A program made the translations under genes and the position numbers. Source: the human T2T-CHM13v2.0 reference genome, Homo sapiens. Taken from it: a stretch of DNA of 64,000 nucleotides. The notes beneath the pieces were generated by a model. That model saw only the letters and a program-made list of their open reading frames with translations, was not told the origin of the DNA and did not search any database. The DNA lies in assembly GCF_009914755.1 (NCBI RefSeq), contig NC_060925.1; one strand, written 5' to 3'. Of this stretch, positions 1 to 30,783 are shown piece after piece; position 1 is the stretch's first letter; each line of letters begins with the position of its first letter.

Positions 1-1118
1 TCCAGAAGGACAAAATAAACATAATGAGGGCAAAGAAAATATTCAAAGAGAGAATGACTGAGAATTTTCCCACAATTGATGCAGGACATAAATATTCAGC
101 TTTAAGAATCACAGTGAGTCACACACAAGATAAACAAAAACTTCACTCTAAAAACAAAACAAAAAATACCCTCCATTGTAGTGAAGCTACATATCACCAA
201 AGACAAAGAGAATGTCTTCAAAGCAGTCTTTCAATGTGAGAAAAGATAGAAATGACAAACTTCCTAGACAGGAGCAGCAATTACACCAACAGCAGCCTTC
301 TCAGCTTCTCAGCAGCCTTCTCAGCATAATGAATGCCAAATAAAAAAAGGAAGAATATCTGCAAAGTGCTGAGGGAAGATCCCTATCCCATCTTCAATTG
401 TACTAACTATTCAAGAGTAAAAGAAAAATAACAATGAGAGAATTTACCATTCCCAAAAAAATTGCTGAAAGCACCATTAAAGGTGTACTTTAGGAAGGAC
501 TTTGAATGAAGCAATGATGAACAAATAGGCAAACACAAACTGGTAAGAATGTGAGAAGATCTAAAAAAGGATTAAAAATTTAGAAATAAGCATAACAACA
601 AATTTGGGAAAGTAAAAACAAACTGAAACTAAAATACTGGGCAACAGCATCGTGGCAGATGAAAGGGAAGTGAGTTAGAGCTAAAGCTATCTAAAGTCCT
701 CATATTACTCAGGGGTATACATGTTAAAAATGTTAAGAGTACAGAATGAAATTGACTATAAACCTTCCAAATGAGTTGAGGGGGAAAAGAGGAGATATAA
801 AGAAAATTTGATCAATCCAAGAGATGGCAGGAAAAGAGAAAAAAGGAGAAAAGAGAAGGGTAATATATAAAGTACAAAATAAGATAACAGAATTCCATCC
901 ACATATCTAGTTATTACAACAAATGTAAAGAGATTAAACTTGCCAGCTAAAAGATAGGGACCCTATAATTAGATTTTAAATGATGAATCCCCTATACACC
1001 GTCTACAAAAGATAGACCTAAAACATTACAAAGAGATTAAAAGTGAAGAAATGAAAGAAAATATTTGTAAATCATATATCTGATGAGGAACATGCATCTA
1101 TATAAAGAACTCATACAA

Positions 1119-1240
1119 GCCAGGCACAGTGGTACACGCCTGTGATCCTAGCTACTCAAAAGTCTAATACTAGAGAATTACTTGGGCCCAGGACTTCAAA
1201 GCCCTCCTGGACAACATAGTAAGGCCCTGTCTCTAAAAGT
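1119..1240 (+). mobile_element. Alu monomer (FLAM-like)
   Basis: gccaggcacagtggtacacgcctgtgatcctagctact... Confidence 0.7.
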
Positions 1241-1800
1241 ATTGATTAATTAATTTAAAAAGAACTCTTACAATTCAATAATTTAAAAAAATCCAATTTT
1301 AAAGTAGACAAAGGATCTGAAAGGACATTTCTTCAACAAATTATACACAAATAAGCCATAATCACATGAAAAAATATTCAACATCTTTATGCACAAAGTA
1401 AACTCAAATCAAAATGACAATGAGATACCACTTCTCACCCACTAGGGTGACTATAATCAAAAAGACAGATAATAACAGGTATTGGCAAGTATGTGAAGAA
1501 ACTGGAACCCTCACACATGCTGGTAAGAATGTGAACTGATGCAATACACATGGAAAACAATTCAGCAGTTTCTCAAAATGGTACAGAGAATTACCATATG
1601 ATCCAGCAGTTCTACTCCTAGATATATACCCAAAAGAACTGAAAACCTAGACTCACACAAAAAAATGTGTACACAAATGTGTACAGTAGCCAAAAAGTGG
1701 AAACAACTCAAATGTGTATCACTATGAATGGATAAACAAAACAAAACATAGTAGATCCATACAATGGAATATTATTTGGGCATAAAAAGAAATGAAGTAC

Positions 1801-2087
1801 TGCCTGTAATCCCAGCACTTTGGGAGGTCAAGGTGGGAGGATTGCTTGAGTCCAGGGGTTCAAGACCAGCCTGGGCAACATGGCAAAACCCCGTCTCTAC
1901 AAAGAATACAAAAATTAGCCGGGCGTGTTAGCATGTGCACCTGTAGTCCCAGCTACTTGGGAGGCTGAGGTGGAAAGATCGCTTGCACCCAGGGGGTCAA
2001 GGCTGTAGTTAAGCCAAGATCATGCCACTGCACTCCAGCCTGGGTGATAGAGCAAGACCCTGTCTCAAAAAAAAAAAAAAAAAAAAA
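1801..2087 (+). mobile_element. 5'-truncated Alu (AluJ-like) inserted in L1
   Basis: Alu body with poly-A; flanking duplication aatgaagtact. Confidence 0.88.
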
Positions 2088-2389
2088 GGAATGAAGTACT
2101 AATATATTCCACAACATAGATGAACTTTAAAAACACTATGCTAAGTGAAAGAAGACACACAAAGGGCCAAAGTACTGCATTATTCCATTGGTATGAAATG
2201 TTCAGAATAGGCCAGTCCATAGGACAGAAGTGATTGCCAGGGGCTGGGAGGAAGAGGAAGAAATGGGGAGTGATTACCAATGGGTAAGAAGAATTTATTT
2301 TTGAAGTGATTAAATGTTCTGGAATTAGATAATGGTGATGGTTGCACAACTCTGGATGTACTAAAAATAACAAATGGTATACTTCATTA

Positions 2390-2686
<297 letters not shown>

Positions 2687-2836
2687 GAATGGTATACTTT
2701 AAATGGCTCAACTGTATGATATGTTAACTATATCACCATAAAGCTGTTATCTTAAAAAAAAAAAAAGGAATAGAAAAAGGCGTAACAAATATATACTAAA
2801 CAAAAGAAAGAGCAACCCAAATCAGCAAAAATAAAC

Positions 2837-3086
2837 TTTTTTTTTCTTTTTTGAGACGGAATCTCGCTCTGTCACCCAGGCTGGAGTGCAGTGGTGCGAC
2901 CTCAGCCTCCCAAGTAGCTGGGACTACTGGCGCTCGCCACCATGCCCGGCTAACTTTTTTGTATTTTTAGTAGAGACGGGTTTCACCATGTTCGACAGGA
3001 TAGTCTTGAACTCCTGACCTTGTGATCTGCCCACCTCGGCCTCCCAAAGTGCTGGGATTACTGGCATGAGCCACCGCACCTGGCCC
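2837..3086 (-). mobile_element. Alu with internal deletion
   Basis: Reverse Alu; flanking aaaaataaactttt duplication. Confidence 0.88.
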
Positions 3087-3382
3087 AAAAATAAACTTTT
3101 AAGCAAAAACTTTAAAGAGGGATAAGAGGGTTATTACACAATAATTAGAAGCACACTTCACAAGAAAAATATTAAAAACCTGAACAAATATGCACCTGAC
3201 AACCCAGTCTCAAATGATATGAAGCAAAATCTGGCATTATAAGAAAGAGATTAATCCATAATCATAATGAGAGATTTTAACACAAGTCTCTCAGAAACTG
3301 ACTGATCAAAGCAAACCAAATACTAGTAAAGATATTAAAAACTTGAACAATATAATTAGCATGCATTATCTACTGACCTAAT

Positions 3383-3848
<466 letters not shown>

Positions 3849-4077
3849 CTAATGCATATAGTTAGAACCTTAAACCCAGCAATTAGGGAACAGACATTTT
3901 CTTCAAGCACACATACATCATTTACAAAATCTGACCGTATCAGGCCAGAGAGCAGGTTTCAACAACCTCATATAGACTCATGTTTTCAGACCACAATGCA
4001 ATTGAGTCAGAAATCACTAATAAAAAAGTAGCCCAATCACCCCCAATCTCTGTATGGTAAGAAAAGTTAAAGACCAA

Positions 4078-5859
<1,782 letters not shown>

Positions 5860-5984
5860 TCAGGGCCTGGCCTCACCCATCACCATGGGATAGCTATGTC
5901 CGCCCCAGGCCTGTGAGGCCCAACCGACGGACCAAGTACTTAACAGGTATTTGCTTCACCCAAATAAATACCTAGATCACCAAA

Positions 5985-7475
<1,491 letters not shown>

Positions 7476-7476
7476 A

Positions 7477-7848
<372 letters not shown>

Positions 7849-8194
7849 TCAGCCCTAAGGGCCTCAGGGCAGCCAGGGGGGCTGAAAGTGTCACAGGCTT
7901 GGGGTAGCTGCTACCTCCGCCCAAGGCTGGCCAAGCCAGGCCCCTCCTGACCACAAGCTCCCCTGCCCACCCTCCCACCCTCTGTGTGTCCTCCAACTGT
8001 ATGTAACCCACCATCCTGGCCTCCACCCCACAGGCCCCTCACCCAGAAAGGCTTTCCAGGTCAGTCCCTCTGGAGTGACTCGGACCCTGGGCAGCTGTGT
8101 GGCCTGAACCAGGCACTTGTTCTCTGACCACTGACCCACAAGGGACAGCACCAGGAGCCCAGGCAGCCACCAGGAAGGGCCCTACAGAGAGTTA

Positions 8195-8374
<180 letters not shown>

Positions 8375-8785
8375 TCAGGGAGTGGGGGGCCGGCAAGAAC
8401 CCTCTGAGAGGGCTGGCAGGACCCCAGGGGAACTCCTGGCTGATCTTCAACCATCGCCCACCTCCTAGTCAGGCCTGGGCCAGGCCCGGGAAAGGACAGA
8501 GAGGGCCTCCCTGGCGAGGGGACCTCCTAGGACAGCCCTGGGTGACCGGGATCTTCCTCGCTGCCATAACACCAGCTGGTTTGGGCAGGGGCGGATGGTC
8601 AGTGTTTGCAAATCAGCCCTGCCCGGCACCAGGACTCTAGCCACCCAAAGTCCAAGTGGCAGTGAACTTTCCAGACGGCCTCATCCTGGCGGAAGCAAAT
8701 GCTGCCCTCTGTGGGGCTCACCCGCAGGACCCTGCCCTACTCAGGGGCAGGTGGTCACACCCTGGGCCACCACCTAGCCCCTTTA

Positions 8786-9324
<539 letters not shown>

Positions 9325-9438
9325 TCAGGTGGGAGCCCAGAGATTCCTGATCCCCAAGGACAGCGGGACCCCAGACCAGCCCCGCTCCTGCTGCCATCAG
9401 CTCCCCTGACATGGCCTCAGCAGTAGCCCAGACCACTA

Positions 9439-9600
<162 letters not shown>

Positions 9601-9728
9601 TCAAGTTCAAGCATGCCCAGGGCCACGCCGAGCCCCTGCACCCCAGCTCCATAAAAAAGCAGTGACAATGGCCCACATACTTCCTGTGGGCTCATTTAGT
9701 AATCCCAACACCACCACGTTATACACTA

Positions 9729-10526
<798 letters not shown>

Positions 10527-10894
10527 TCAGGGCTCAAGGATTAATGGGATGGCCTGCCTACTCCAGGAAGCCTTCTCTGATCACCCCGGCCCTAGCTAGC
10601 TTTTCTCTCCCTGCCCCTATCCAGTCAATCATTTACTTATTCATCCATCCATTCACAAAGCAAGTATTTCCTCGCCTCCTGTCAAGCACTGAGGTACTGA
10701 GTTGAATAAGCTCCCCCTTGCCTGCCCTCAGGAGGCTCCTGGTTTCAAAGGAAAAGGTCATGGGCTCACCAGGTCTGCACGGAGGGTGGGGAGCAGAGGA
10801 GGAAACGGAAAGGCCTCCAGGAGAGACCCACAAGGAGCTCTTCGGGGACAGCTGGGGTTTGCCCGGTAGAGAAGGGAGAAAAGTGTGGGGTGGA

Positions 10895-11190
10895 CCAGGC
10901 GTGGTGGCTCATTCCTTAACCCCAGAACTTTGGGAGGCCGAAGCAGGTAGATCACCTGAGGTCAGGAGTTCAAAACCAGCCTGGCCAACATGGCAAAGTC
11001 CCATCTCTACTAAAAATACAAAGATTAGACAGGCGTGGTGGTGCATGCCAGTAATCCCAGCTACTTGGGAGCTGAGGCACGAGAATCACTTAAACCTGGG
11101 AGGCGTTGGTTGCAGTGAGCTGATACTGCGCCACTGCACTCCAGCCGGGGCGACAGAGCGAGACTCCATTTCAAGAAAAAAAAAAAAAGA
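10895..11190 (+). mobile_element. Alu
   Basis: Full Alu with poly-A. Confidence 0.9.
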
Positions 11191-11468
11191 AAATTGTGGG
11201 CCGTCCTGGAACGTTGGCGGTCCAGGTGCAGGGCCGAGATGCAGGCCCTGAGGAAGGGGCGGGAGGGTGCAGCTGGGTAGGGACTGAAACCAGACCCCGG
11301 GGACAGGGCTCTGTGCAACGGGGTGGCAGATCAGCTTGCACTTCAGAGAGTGGGGAAGCTGGACTGGAGCCGGGATGACGCCACGGAGCAGGCGGCTGAT
11401 GTGTGCAAGGGCAGTGGCCGGCCCATGTGGCTGTACTGCCCTCAGCGCTGCCTCCGTCCCTTCCCTCA

Positions 11469-12816
<1,348 letters not shown>

Positions 12817-13728
12817 TCACACCCATGAGCTCAAGAGCATGGAATGGGCTGCATGACTGTGTAGGGAAAGGCGTGTGGTGCGTCCAGGTGTGTGGAGCCC
12901 ACCACTGCAGCTGGGCTCCCTCCCTGACTGCGGAGCCTCCCACAAGCCTGGGTGCCAGGCTGGGTTTGGAGTGGAAAAGCTTCTAGCCATTGGAAGCAGG
13001 CAGGACTGCAGGTGTGCAAGAGTGTGTGAGGGATGATACGGCCAGTGTGCTGGGTGTAACTGAAGCCACACAGAGCTTCGTGGGGGCCACGGGGAGGTAG
13101 GAGGCTGCATTTCCCTGTGAGCGAACCACTAATGGGACCACAAGACCATGTGCTGGAGACACGCAGCCACCTTCTGAGGGCAGCAAGGAGCTGAATCTGC
13201 CCAGTATAATACAAGGAAGTGCCTGAGACTCTGTGCAGCCCTACATGAGGTGACCTGGGTGTGGCCGTGTATATCTGTGTATGTGCATGGGCGCACACAC
13301 ATGTGAATGAGACATCAATTTGTATGTGTTCCCCTACATTTGTAAGCATTCAATGTGTGTGTCCCAGCGCCCGAGAGGGGTGGCCAGGTACACTAGGGTG
13401 GCTCTATTCCCATACCCCTCCCCCCACAGCCCTTCCATCCTTCCTTACAGCCCCATCTGCCCCTTGCACTATCTTATCCTCCCCTCCACCTCCAACAGGC
13501 CCCACTCTCTGCTCCCCACCCCCTTCAAAATGGGTGCCCCTCTGGGTCCCAGGGCTCCCTCTTCCTGCCTCCCTCCACGGCCTTGGTCCTGAGGATGATG
13601 GGAAAGACCAGATCAGTGGCCACTAGGAACTGCTGTGCGCCCTGGGACACTTCCCCTGCCCTCTCCAAGCCTGCTTCCTCCTCTGGACAAGGACAGAGCT
13701 GGAGGGATGGGGGCCAAGCTTCCACTCA

Positions 13729-14151
<423 letters not shown>

Positions 14152-15288
14152 TCAGAGACGGGTGGCCACAGCTGCACTCAGGGGAGCCAGAGGAGGCCTG
14201 CCCAAGCCCACTTAGCCCCCAGCGAGCTCTGAGCCCTAGTGCAGTGGGAGGGCACTGGAACGAGGAGGTCAATTTTCAAACCCCAGATGAGCAAAAAACA
14301 AAGTGCAAGCCGCCAGCAAGTACAAGCAGAGCCCTAGAGAGCTCAGAGTCCTTCATGTCCCCGCAGCTTCCCACCCCTGGCTTCCCTTAGCCCACCGATG
14401 CTGCCAGGGCAGCCCGGGAAAACTCAGGGGCGCAGCTCCGGGACCTGGGGTCCCACCCCACTGGGCAACCCTGTCACAGGATGGCTGGTTCTCAGCCTCT
14501 CAGGGCCCTTCAGTGACCTGGGACTGACCACAGCCCCCACTGGAGCTGCAAACAGGCCCCTGGCACACCCAGGGCTTCAGCCACTCCTGCTTCCACATGT
14601 GGCTGGGCCACGTCTAGACCCTGAAACTCTGAACTTGCTATTCCTCCTGGCTCTCTGGCACAAGTGTTTGAGAGGAATCACTGCTTTGGGCGTTTGGAGA
14701 GCGTGGCCCCAGCCCCTAAGGGCTGACGCCCCAGGGAAACAAAGCTTGTTACTATTTGCTGCAAACTTGCTACTGAAGCTTACAGCCGACTGCTTCCCAC
14801 TCCAGAAGTTTCTTTTGCTACAGGAGGAACTCCACCGGCAAGACCCTCCTGACCTCCACCCTCGCCTCTCCTTCCCAGGCAGGGAAGACCAAGCATGGGT
14901 GACTCTGGGGAAAGAGCCTGATCATGTGTGGCCCAGCCCTTTCACTCTCTCCTGCCTCTGGAAGTGGCCCCAGGTAGCACGTGCATCTCTGTACCTTCTG
15001 CCACCATTCACCATACGGCAGGCTCTGTCCAACACCACTTGTAACTGGGGCTCACCTGGCGTCAATATTAGAGGCCCCGTCTGCGTTTCTCATTGTCTAA
15101 CTCCATTCCCAACAGGTGTTATCTACTGGGCCCCTCAGAACTCCGATTCCATGGGAGGAATCCTTTTAACATTGGAAACTCGGACTGGCCTGCTGTCTTT
15201 AGCTGTTTGTGAGGCTGCTCAACACAACACCAGCTGGGTGACCTGGCTAAGAACCAGGCCTGGGAGAAGAGGCCAAAAAGGAGTCTCA

Positions 15289-15657
<369 letters not shown>

Positions 15658-15929
15658 CTAAATCAGGGCTCTGACATGAGCCTCCCCTGCTCCCACCACA
15701 CAGAATTAAGTTCCATCTCACTGCCCTGTATTCAAGGCGCTGCAGGACGAGTGCTCCTTCACAGCCCCCAGCCATTCCAAACTACCTGACTCTCTTCCTG
15801 GAATGCCCACCCCCTTACTGCCTAGGGAACATAAACATCACCTCTGTGATGTCTTCCCTGATTTCACTCCTCCCCATAAGAAAAGAAAGGCAGTCCCTTC
15901 TGAGCTCCCATGACCCCGTATAATTCCCT

Positions 15930-16560
15930 TTATTCTCGAGAGAGAGTTTAGCTGGATATAAAACTATCAGCACACATTTTCCCTCAGTGCACCGGAGATT
16001 TTGCCATGGTCTCTGCCACCTGTTGTTGTTAAGAAGTCTGAGAACGATCTGGCTGCCCTTATTTTGTAGGTACTAGGTCTAAAGTACCTAGAGGTTCTAA
16101 CGTGTCTACGGGTTCATTTATTTATATTTATCTTGCTTGCTATTCCAGAATGCACTCCAGATCTGAGACCTCACATTTCTCTCCAGGTCTGCAAACTCTC
16201 AACAAATCCAACTTCTTCACCATTTTTTCTGTTTCTTCTGCAACTCCAATTGGATGATTGTTGGAGCATCTCAAGGTGTCTTCCATGTTCTCCCTGTTTT
16301 ATCTTTGTCTCTGTACATTGCATTCTGGGAAAATGCCTCAGCACCAGGTTCCAATTTATCAATGTTCTCTTCAACAGTGTTCAGAGTCTGTCCAGTCTGT
16401 TGAAATGTTTTATCTCAATTTCATGCATGTTTCTATCCAATTGTTCCTATTTCAGTTCTTCCTGCTTTTGCTTAATTTCTTCTTTATTTTAGGGTGTCAA
16501 TTACTCCATCATTTTTGAGGATCCTAAACACATCTATGTAAAGTCTTTTCAGGCTATCCT
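15930..16560 (-). mobile_element. Old L1-like fragment
   Basis: T-rich, low-GC block with L1-like tracts (tttagctggatataaaact); degenerate. Confidence 0.5.
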
Positions 16561-16563
16561 ATT

Positions 16564-16564
<1 letters not shown>

Positions 16565-16600
<36 letters not shown>

Positions 16601-16745
16601 AGACAGGGTCTTGCTCTGTCACTCAGACTGGAGTGAAGTGACAAGATCACAGCTCACTGCAACCCTGAACTCCTGGGCTCAAGCAATCCTCCTGCCTCAA
16701 CCTCCCAAGTCGCTGAGATTACAGGGTGAGCCACTGCGCCCAGCC
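16565..16745 (-). mobile_element. (CT)n microsatellite plus partial Alu
   Basis: tctctctc... then gagacagggtcttgctctgtc...gagccactgcgcccagcc. Confidence 0.8.
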
Positions 16746-17508
16746 CCTATTTTCTTATTTGGATTCTATTTATTGTTTTGGGGGATGTCTCAGCATTCAC
16801 TTTTGTATGGGTTTGGAATTGGGGTTCATAGGCTCATTTTGGGCAGGAGGGCCCCGTCTCTGTCGCTTGCCCTGTGTGCACATTTCTGGAAGCTGTGTGG
16901 TTCCCATTACTTGGTATCTCAAGGCCTCTGATCAGACTTGCGTCTCGTGTTGGTACCGAGGTACTGGGGGGATGTGGGTCCATCTCCACTCCAGCCCACT
17001 CCTTGGCTCAGCCCCTGGTCTCAAACTTGCCCTGCTTTCCAGTATTCTTCGGGCTGAAGCAGCCCAGCAGGGTGACCTGGGGCTGCAGGCGGCGGACGCT
17101 GCTTTCAGTTGATGTTTGTGCACAAGGAGCCATAGCCCAGACTCTGGGTTTGAGCAAGGGGCCTGGCTCAGTGGGCCCACGAGAGGAGCATTTTTAGCCC
17201 CATGACCCTGTAGGATCATCACTGTGGCCTCCAACACAGAGCTGACCACAGGGTCGGGTACCTGTCCCTTGAGCTGTCTCCCACAGTAGACTGAGCAGCT
17301 TGAGGACAGGGACTAGATCACTGGTCCCTGCACCCATGTGCCAGCACAGAGCCTGACTATGACAGACGCAAACAAAGGGATGGAGGAAGAAATGAACACA
17401 CCTGAGCCGGCGGCCCTGCCTCCAAGCCAAAAAGCCAGGTGCCAGTGGCCCCTCAGGGCCTATTGGAGAGAGGGGCTCCTCCCAACCACACCCCAGGGCC
17501 CTACCTTA

Positions 17509-18578
<1,070 letters not shown>

Positions 18579-18915
18579 TCAGACCCGCCTCCATGAGGGC
18601 TCTCTCTGCTCTGCAGTGGGGCTGGAAGCTGGTGGCCAAGCACCCATTTACAGAGAGACCCAAGGGACCCCCAAGAGGTGAAGCCACCGGCCTGGAGTCC
18701 CCCTGCAAGTGACTGGGGGACACTGCCAGCACTCAAGCGACCCAAACTCTGGTCACTAAAACCTGAGAAGAGGCCCCACGAAGAAAGTGTATGCAAAGCA
18801 TTAGCCGAGACCTCAGTGAGGCTGAAGAGCCCTCCGCCCACCTGGGAATCGACCCAGGAGACCAGCCCAGGGGAAAGGGCGAGCACAGGCTGCTCCGGGG
18901 TCAGCCCATCACTCA

Positions 18916-19233
<318 letters not shown>

Positions 19234-19424
19234 CTAAGCCTGTGTCACCTCCACACATCACAGCCCTCTTTTCCTCAGCCACACTGGACACCTTTCCATC
19301 CTCAAAACCGTCCTGGACAGGAGCTCTCTATTACCCAGATAACAGATGAGGAAACTGACTCTGATGAGTGCCCGAGTTGATACAGTCCAGCTGTGCCAAA
19401 ACCGGCCCTCAAATCTACATCTCC

Positions 19425-19728
19425 TGGTGGCTCATGCCTGTAATCCCAACACTTTGGGAGGCCGAGACGGGCAGATCACCCGTCGGGAGTTCAAGACCAG
19501 CCTGGCCAATATGATGAAACCCCAACTCTACTAAAGATATACAAAAATTAGCCGGGCGTGGTGACACATGCCTGTAATCCCAGCTACTCAGGAGGCTGAG
19601 GCAGGAGAATCACTTGAACCCAGGAGGCGGAGGTTGCAGTGAACTGAGATCAAGCCACTGCACTCTGGCCTGGGTGACAGAGTGAGACTCTTTCTTTTAA
19701 TAAAAAAAAAACAACAAAAAAAAAAAAC
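19425..19728 (+). mobile_element. Alu
   Basis: Alu body with A-rich tail. Confidence 0.9.
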
Positions 19729-20203
19729 ACTGCATCTCCTGATTCCAAAATCGACACTGTGCACCCTGAACCCCCCATTCTGAGCAGGCAAGTGGAGGTA
19801 GGTGAAGATGAGGGGGATGGGGCGGTGGGCTCCGGCCACCGGGGAGCTTGCCTCTGCCTCCACCACGGTTGCCTATGTGAGTCACTTGGGTCTCAGTGGA
19901 GGGAAAGGAACCTGCCAGGGGAGGCAGTCCAGGAGGAACCCCGGGTGGTCTAGGGCAGAGCTAAGGAAAAGTCGTGGTATTAGCAGCAGTTGATATTTAC
20001 CAAACATTCCCATGTGCCCACGCCACCCACCCCAACACCCTGCTCCTGCAGGAGGTCAAAGCGGGGACATTGCTAATGCTCCCATTTTACTGATGAGGAA
20101 GCAACGGCCGAGCAGGTCTCACAGCCAGGATGGGCTATTGATCCGTCTTCACTGGGGCCACCCAGCCCCACCACCACCTCCCTAGCCAGATCCAGGTGAC
20201 TCA

Positions 20204-20685
<482 letters not shown>

Positions 20686-20834
20686 CTAGGACCAGAGGGG
20701 CAGATGCTGACCACCAAGCAGAGGGGCATCCACTGAGGCTCAGAACACAGCCCTGAGAGAGGGTGGTGTGGAGGAGGAGAAGAAACGGCCTCGGCTTGTA
20801 ACAGCTCCAGTGAGACAGTGTCTTACTCCCACCC

Positions 20835-26670
<5,836 letters not shown>

Positions 26671-26716
26671 CAACAAAACGAACATCCATCTGGGGCATTC
26701 GCAACGCCCCCAGTAA

Positions 26717-27016
<300 letters not shown>

Positions 27017-27446
27017 CATTTGTCTCTTGATCCTGCTCCAGGTCACTGGCCCCATGCAGTCCTCCCAATGGACCAGGCCCATCTGCCTTTCCCCAGCATC
27101 TGACAGGCGCCTGATAGTCCCAGGCCAGGCCCTCCGTGTTCTGTGGATACCCACCAAGGGCCCCTAGAAGACAGTGTGTCTTCTGAAACAGCTACCCAGG
27201 GCTCACTGGCCCTCGTCTCCTCAGGGCCAACCCAGGGCCAGGCGCTAGTGGACACCCAGGGAGCTCTGCTGAGTGAGTCATCCTGGGTCTCCTCCCAGGT
27301 GAGAGTGGTGTGTAAGTAGCATGTCAGCTGCAGTGTTATGAGGGGCCTTCCAGCTGTCCTAGCCTACATGGGCATGACACTGTCTGCATAAGCCATGAGG
27401 GCCCAAGGAAACATCCTTTTGAGAACACACACCCCCTGCACATTCA

Positions 27447-27868
<422 letters not shown>

Positions 27869-28556
27869 TCAGAGCAGTGGCCACAGCACAGGTTTGATGA
27901 AGGGCACCTCCCAGGATGCAGAGCCATTCACACCCAGGGTCCCCTCGGATGCTGGGCCCAGCCAGGAGGAGGAGACGAGGGCAGAAGCTCCAGGGAGGTG
28001 CAGCGGCTTGCCTGGGGCCACACAGCGAATGAGAGGGGGATGTGGCAGAGCTGGAGAGGGACACGGAGGCCAGCTAACAGAGGAGCAATGAGCCAGCCTC
28101 CCACATCCTTTGCAGCCTCTGTGGCAGGGATGAATCCCATTTGTCACAGGGTCTGGATTTTCACAGGAGTTCTGGATTTCTAAGTTGGAAAGTTCTCCTT
28201 CCTGCCAATGGACTCAGTTTTCTAACTTAAAATACGCAAAGGACTTGTGCAGTGCCCACGTAGGGTGAGGAGTCATCTCTGCAAAGTAGATAAGGATGCA
28301 ATTCCTGCGTGTGAGGTGGTCTCTTCTGGGGACACAAAGACCCAGTGACCAAGCCCAGCAGCACACAGCTTGATTCTGGCCACTGGGAGGGTCTTTAGGG
28401 CCTCCCACCCACCCAGGCTAAGGCAACCAGGCCAGAGGAGTGCTGGAGGGCCGGGCTGGGGCTTGACTACCCCACACAGCAGTGCCGAGGAGGCACACAG
28501 ACCCGGTGAGCAGCGGCTGCTGCGGGCCTGGGAACATTAAGAGAAAAACCGATCCC

Positions 28557-28570
28557 GTTACCACGGCAAC
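28557..28570. promoter_or_regulatory. RFX X-box palindrome, intron 11
   Basis: GTTACCACGGCAAC, one mismatch to GTTNCCATGGNAAC. Confidence 0.62.
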
Positions 28571-29702
28571 CGATGTTTGTTTGTTTTCCCATACATAATT
28601 GATTGTTTTGCAGATTGGGGGAACAAATCTGGGGGAGATTCACCTGCCCCACTTTGGGGCAGAGAGAAAAACTACCATGTATATTTTTAGCATGTAATTT
28701 AGTAAAGGTAGAAAACCATGGGCCAATTCATTGCCGGGCTCAGGTTCCCACAGGAACTGACCCTTGAAGGTCATTCTCAGGGAGGCCTGGGGAGGAAAAG
28801 GGGGGTGTCCCATAGTTGAAGGGGGGCAGTTTTTCAAATTCCGCGACCCTCGTACTGAAGACCACCCACAGCCAGCCTCTGGCAAGCTCCTGTCACCCGT
28901 GCAGCAGCCTGTTCCCTAAAAGGGCCTCAAAGCTCAGCAGATGGGAACCGGGATTGAAATCTGAACATCTGGCTCAGGCTTTTAACCTCTGCTCTACCCA
29001 ACAGCTGCCTGAAGCCAGAAGCACTGAGTGTCAGAGGCCACCGATCCTAAGCCCCTCAAAAACAGAGGCCACAGGGTAGCTGGGATGGGGAGCACAAGCT
29101 CCAAGCTGCCACCAGGCAGCAGGTACTCTGGGCCCCACCCCAAGGCCCATCTGTCAGCCACCACCAGTTCTCAAGCACCTCAACTCAAGAATCAGCAGGC
29201 ATTCCCACCACCCACCAAATCAAAACCAAAGCCCACGGGCCTCCTGCCTCTGGCTCTTTGTGCCAGCCTCCTGCAGCCTCTGATTGCTAAGGCATCCCAG
29301 GGAACTGCCAGACTGCTCCAGGAAGAGCTGCTGCTGGGGCACTGGGGGGTGCAACAGTAGCTAAGAAAGCAGGTCCTGCAGTCAGAAAGCATGGGGTTCA
29401 AATCCCAGCTCCACCCCGTGGCTGTGTGATTCTGGCGACTTAACCTTGCTGTGCCTATTCTCACATCAGTAAAACAGAGGTGAAAGTAAGACGCCTCCCT
29501 CCCAGGGTAGGCAGTGCTCAGTACAGCCAGCTGCTGTTACAAACGCGGGGGAAATGTGGACATACTCCCACACCTCGGGCGTCCCTCGTCCTCAGAACCC
29601 TCTTGCTGGTATCAAGCACTAACCCAGCATGAGGGTCCCGACGCCCCAGGGGTGTGAACACGTATGCATGAGTGTGCCGGCATGCATGGGACGGCCCCTC
29701 TA

Positions 29703-30167
<465 letters not shown>

Positions 30168-30258
30168 CTACCCAGCTCCTCTAGCCCCAGCCCAGGTCCC
30201 AGGCAGGACAATCCTCCCGCTCAGCACCACCCCAACTCCCAACAGCACCCCTCAGTCA

Positions 30259-30783
<525 letters not shown>

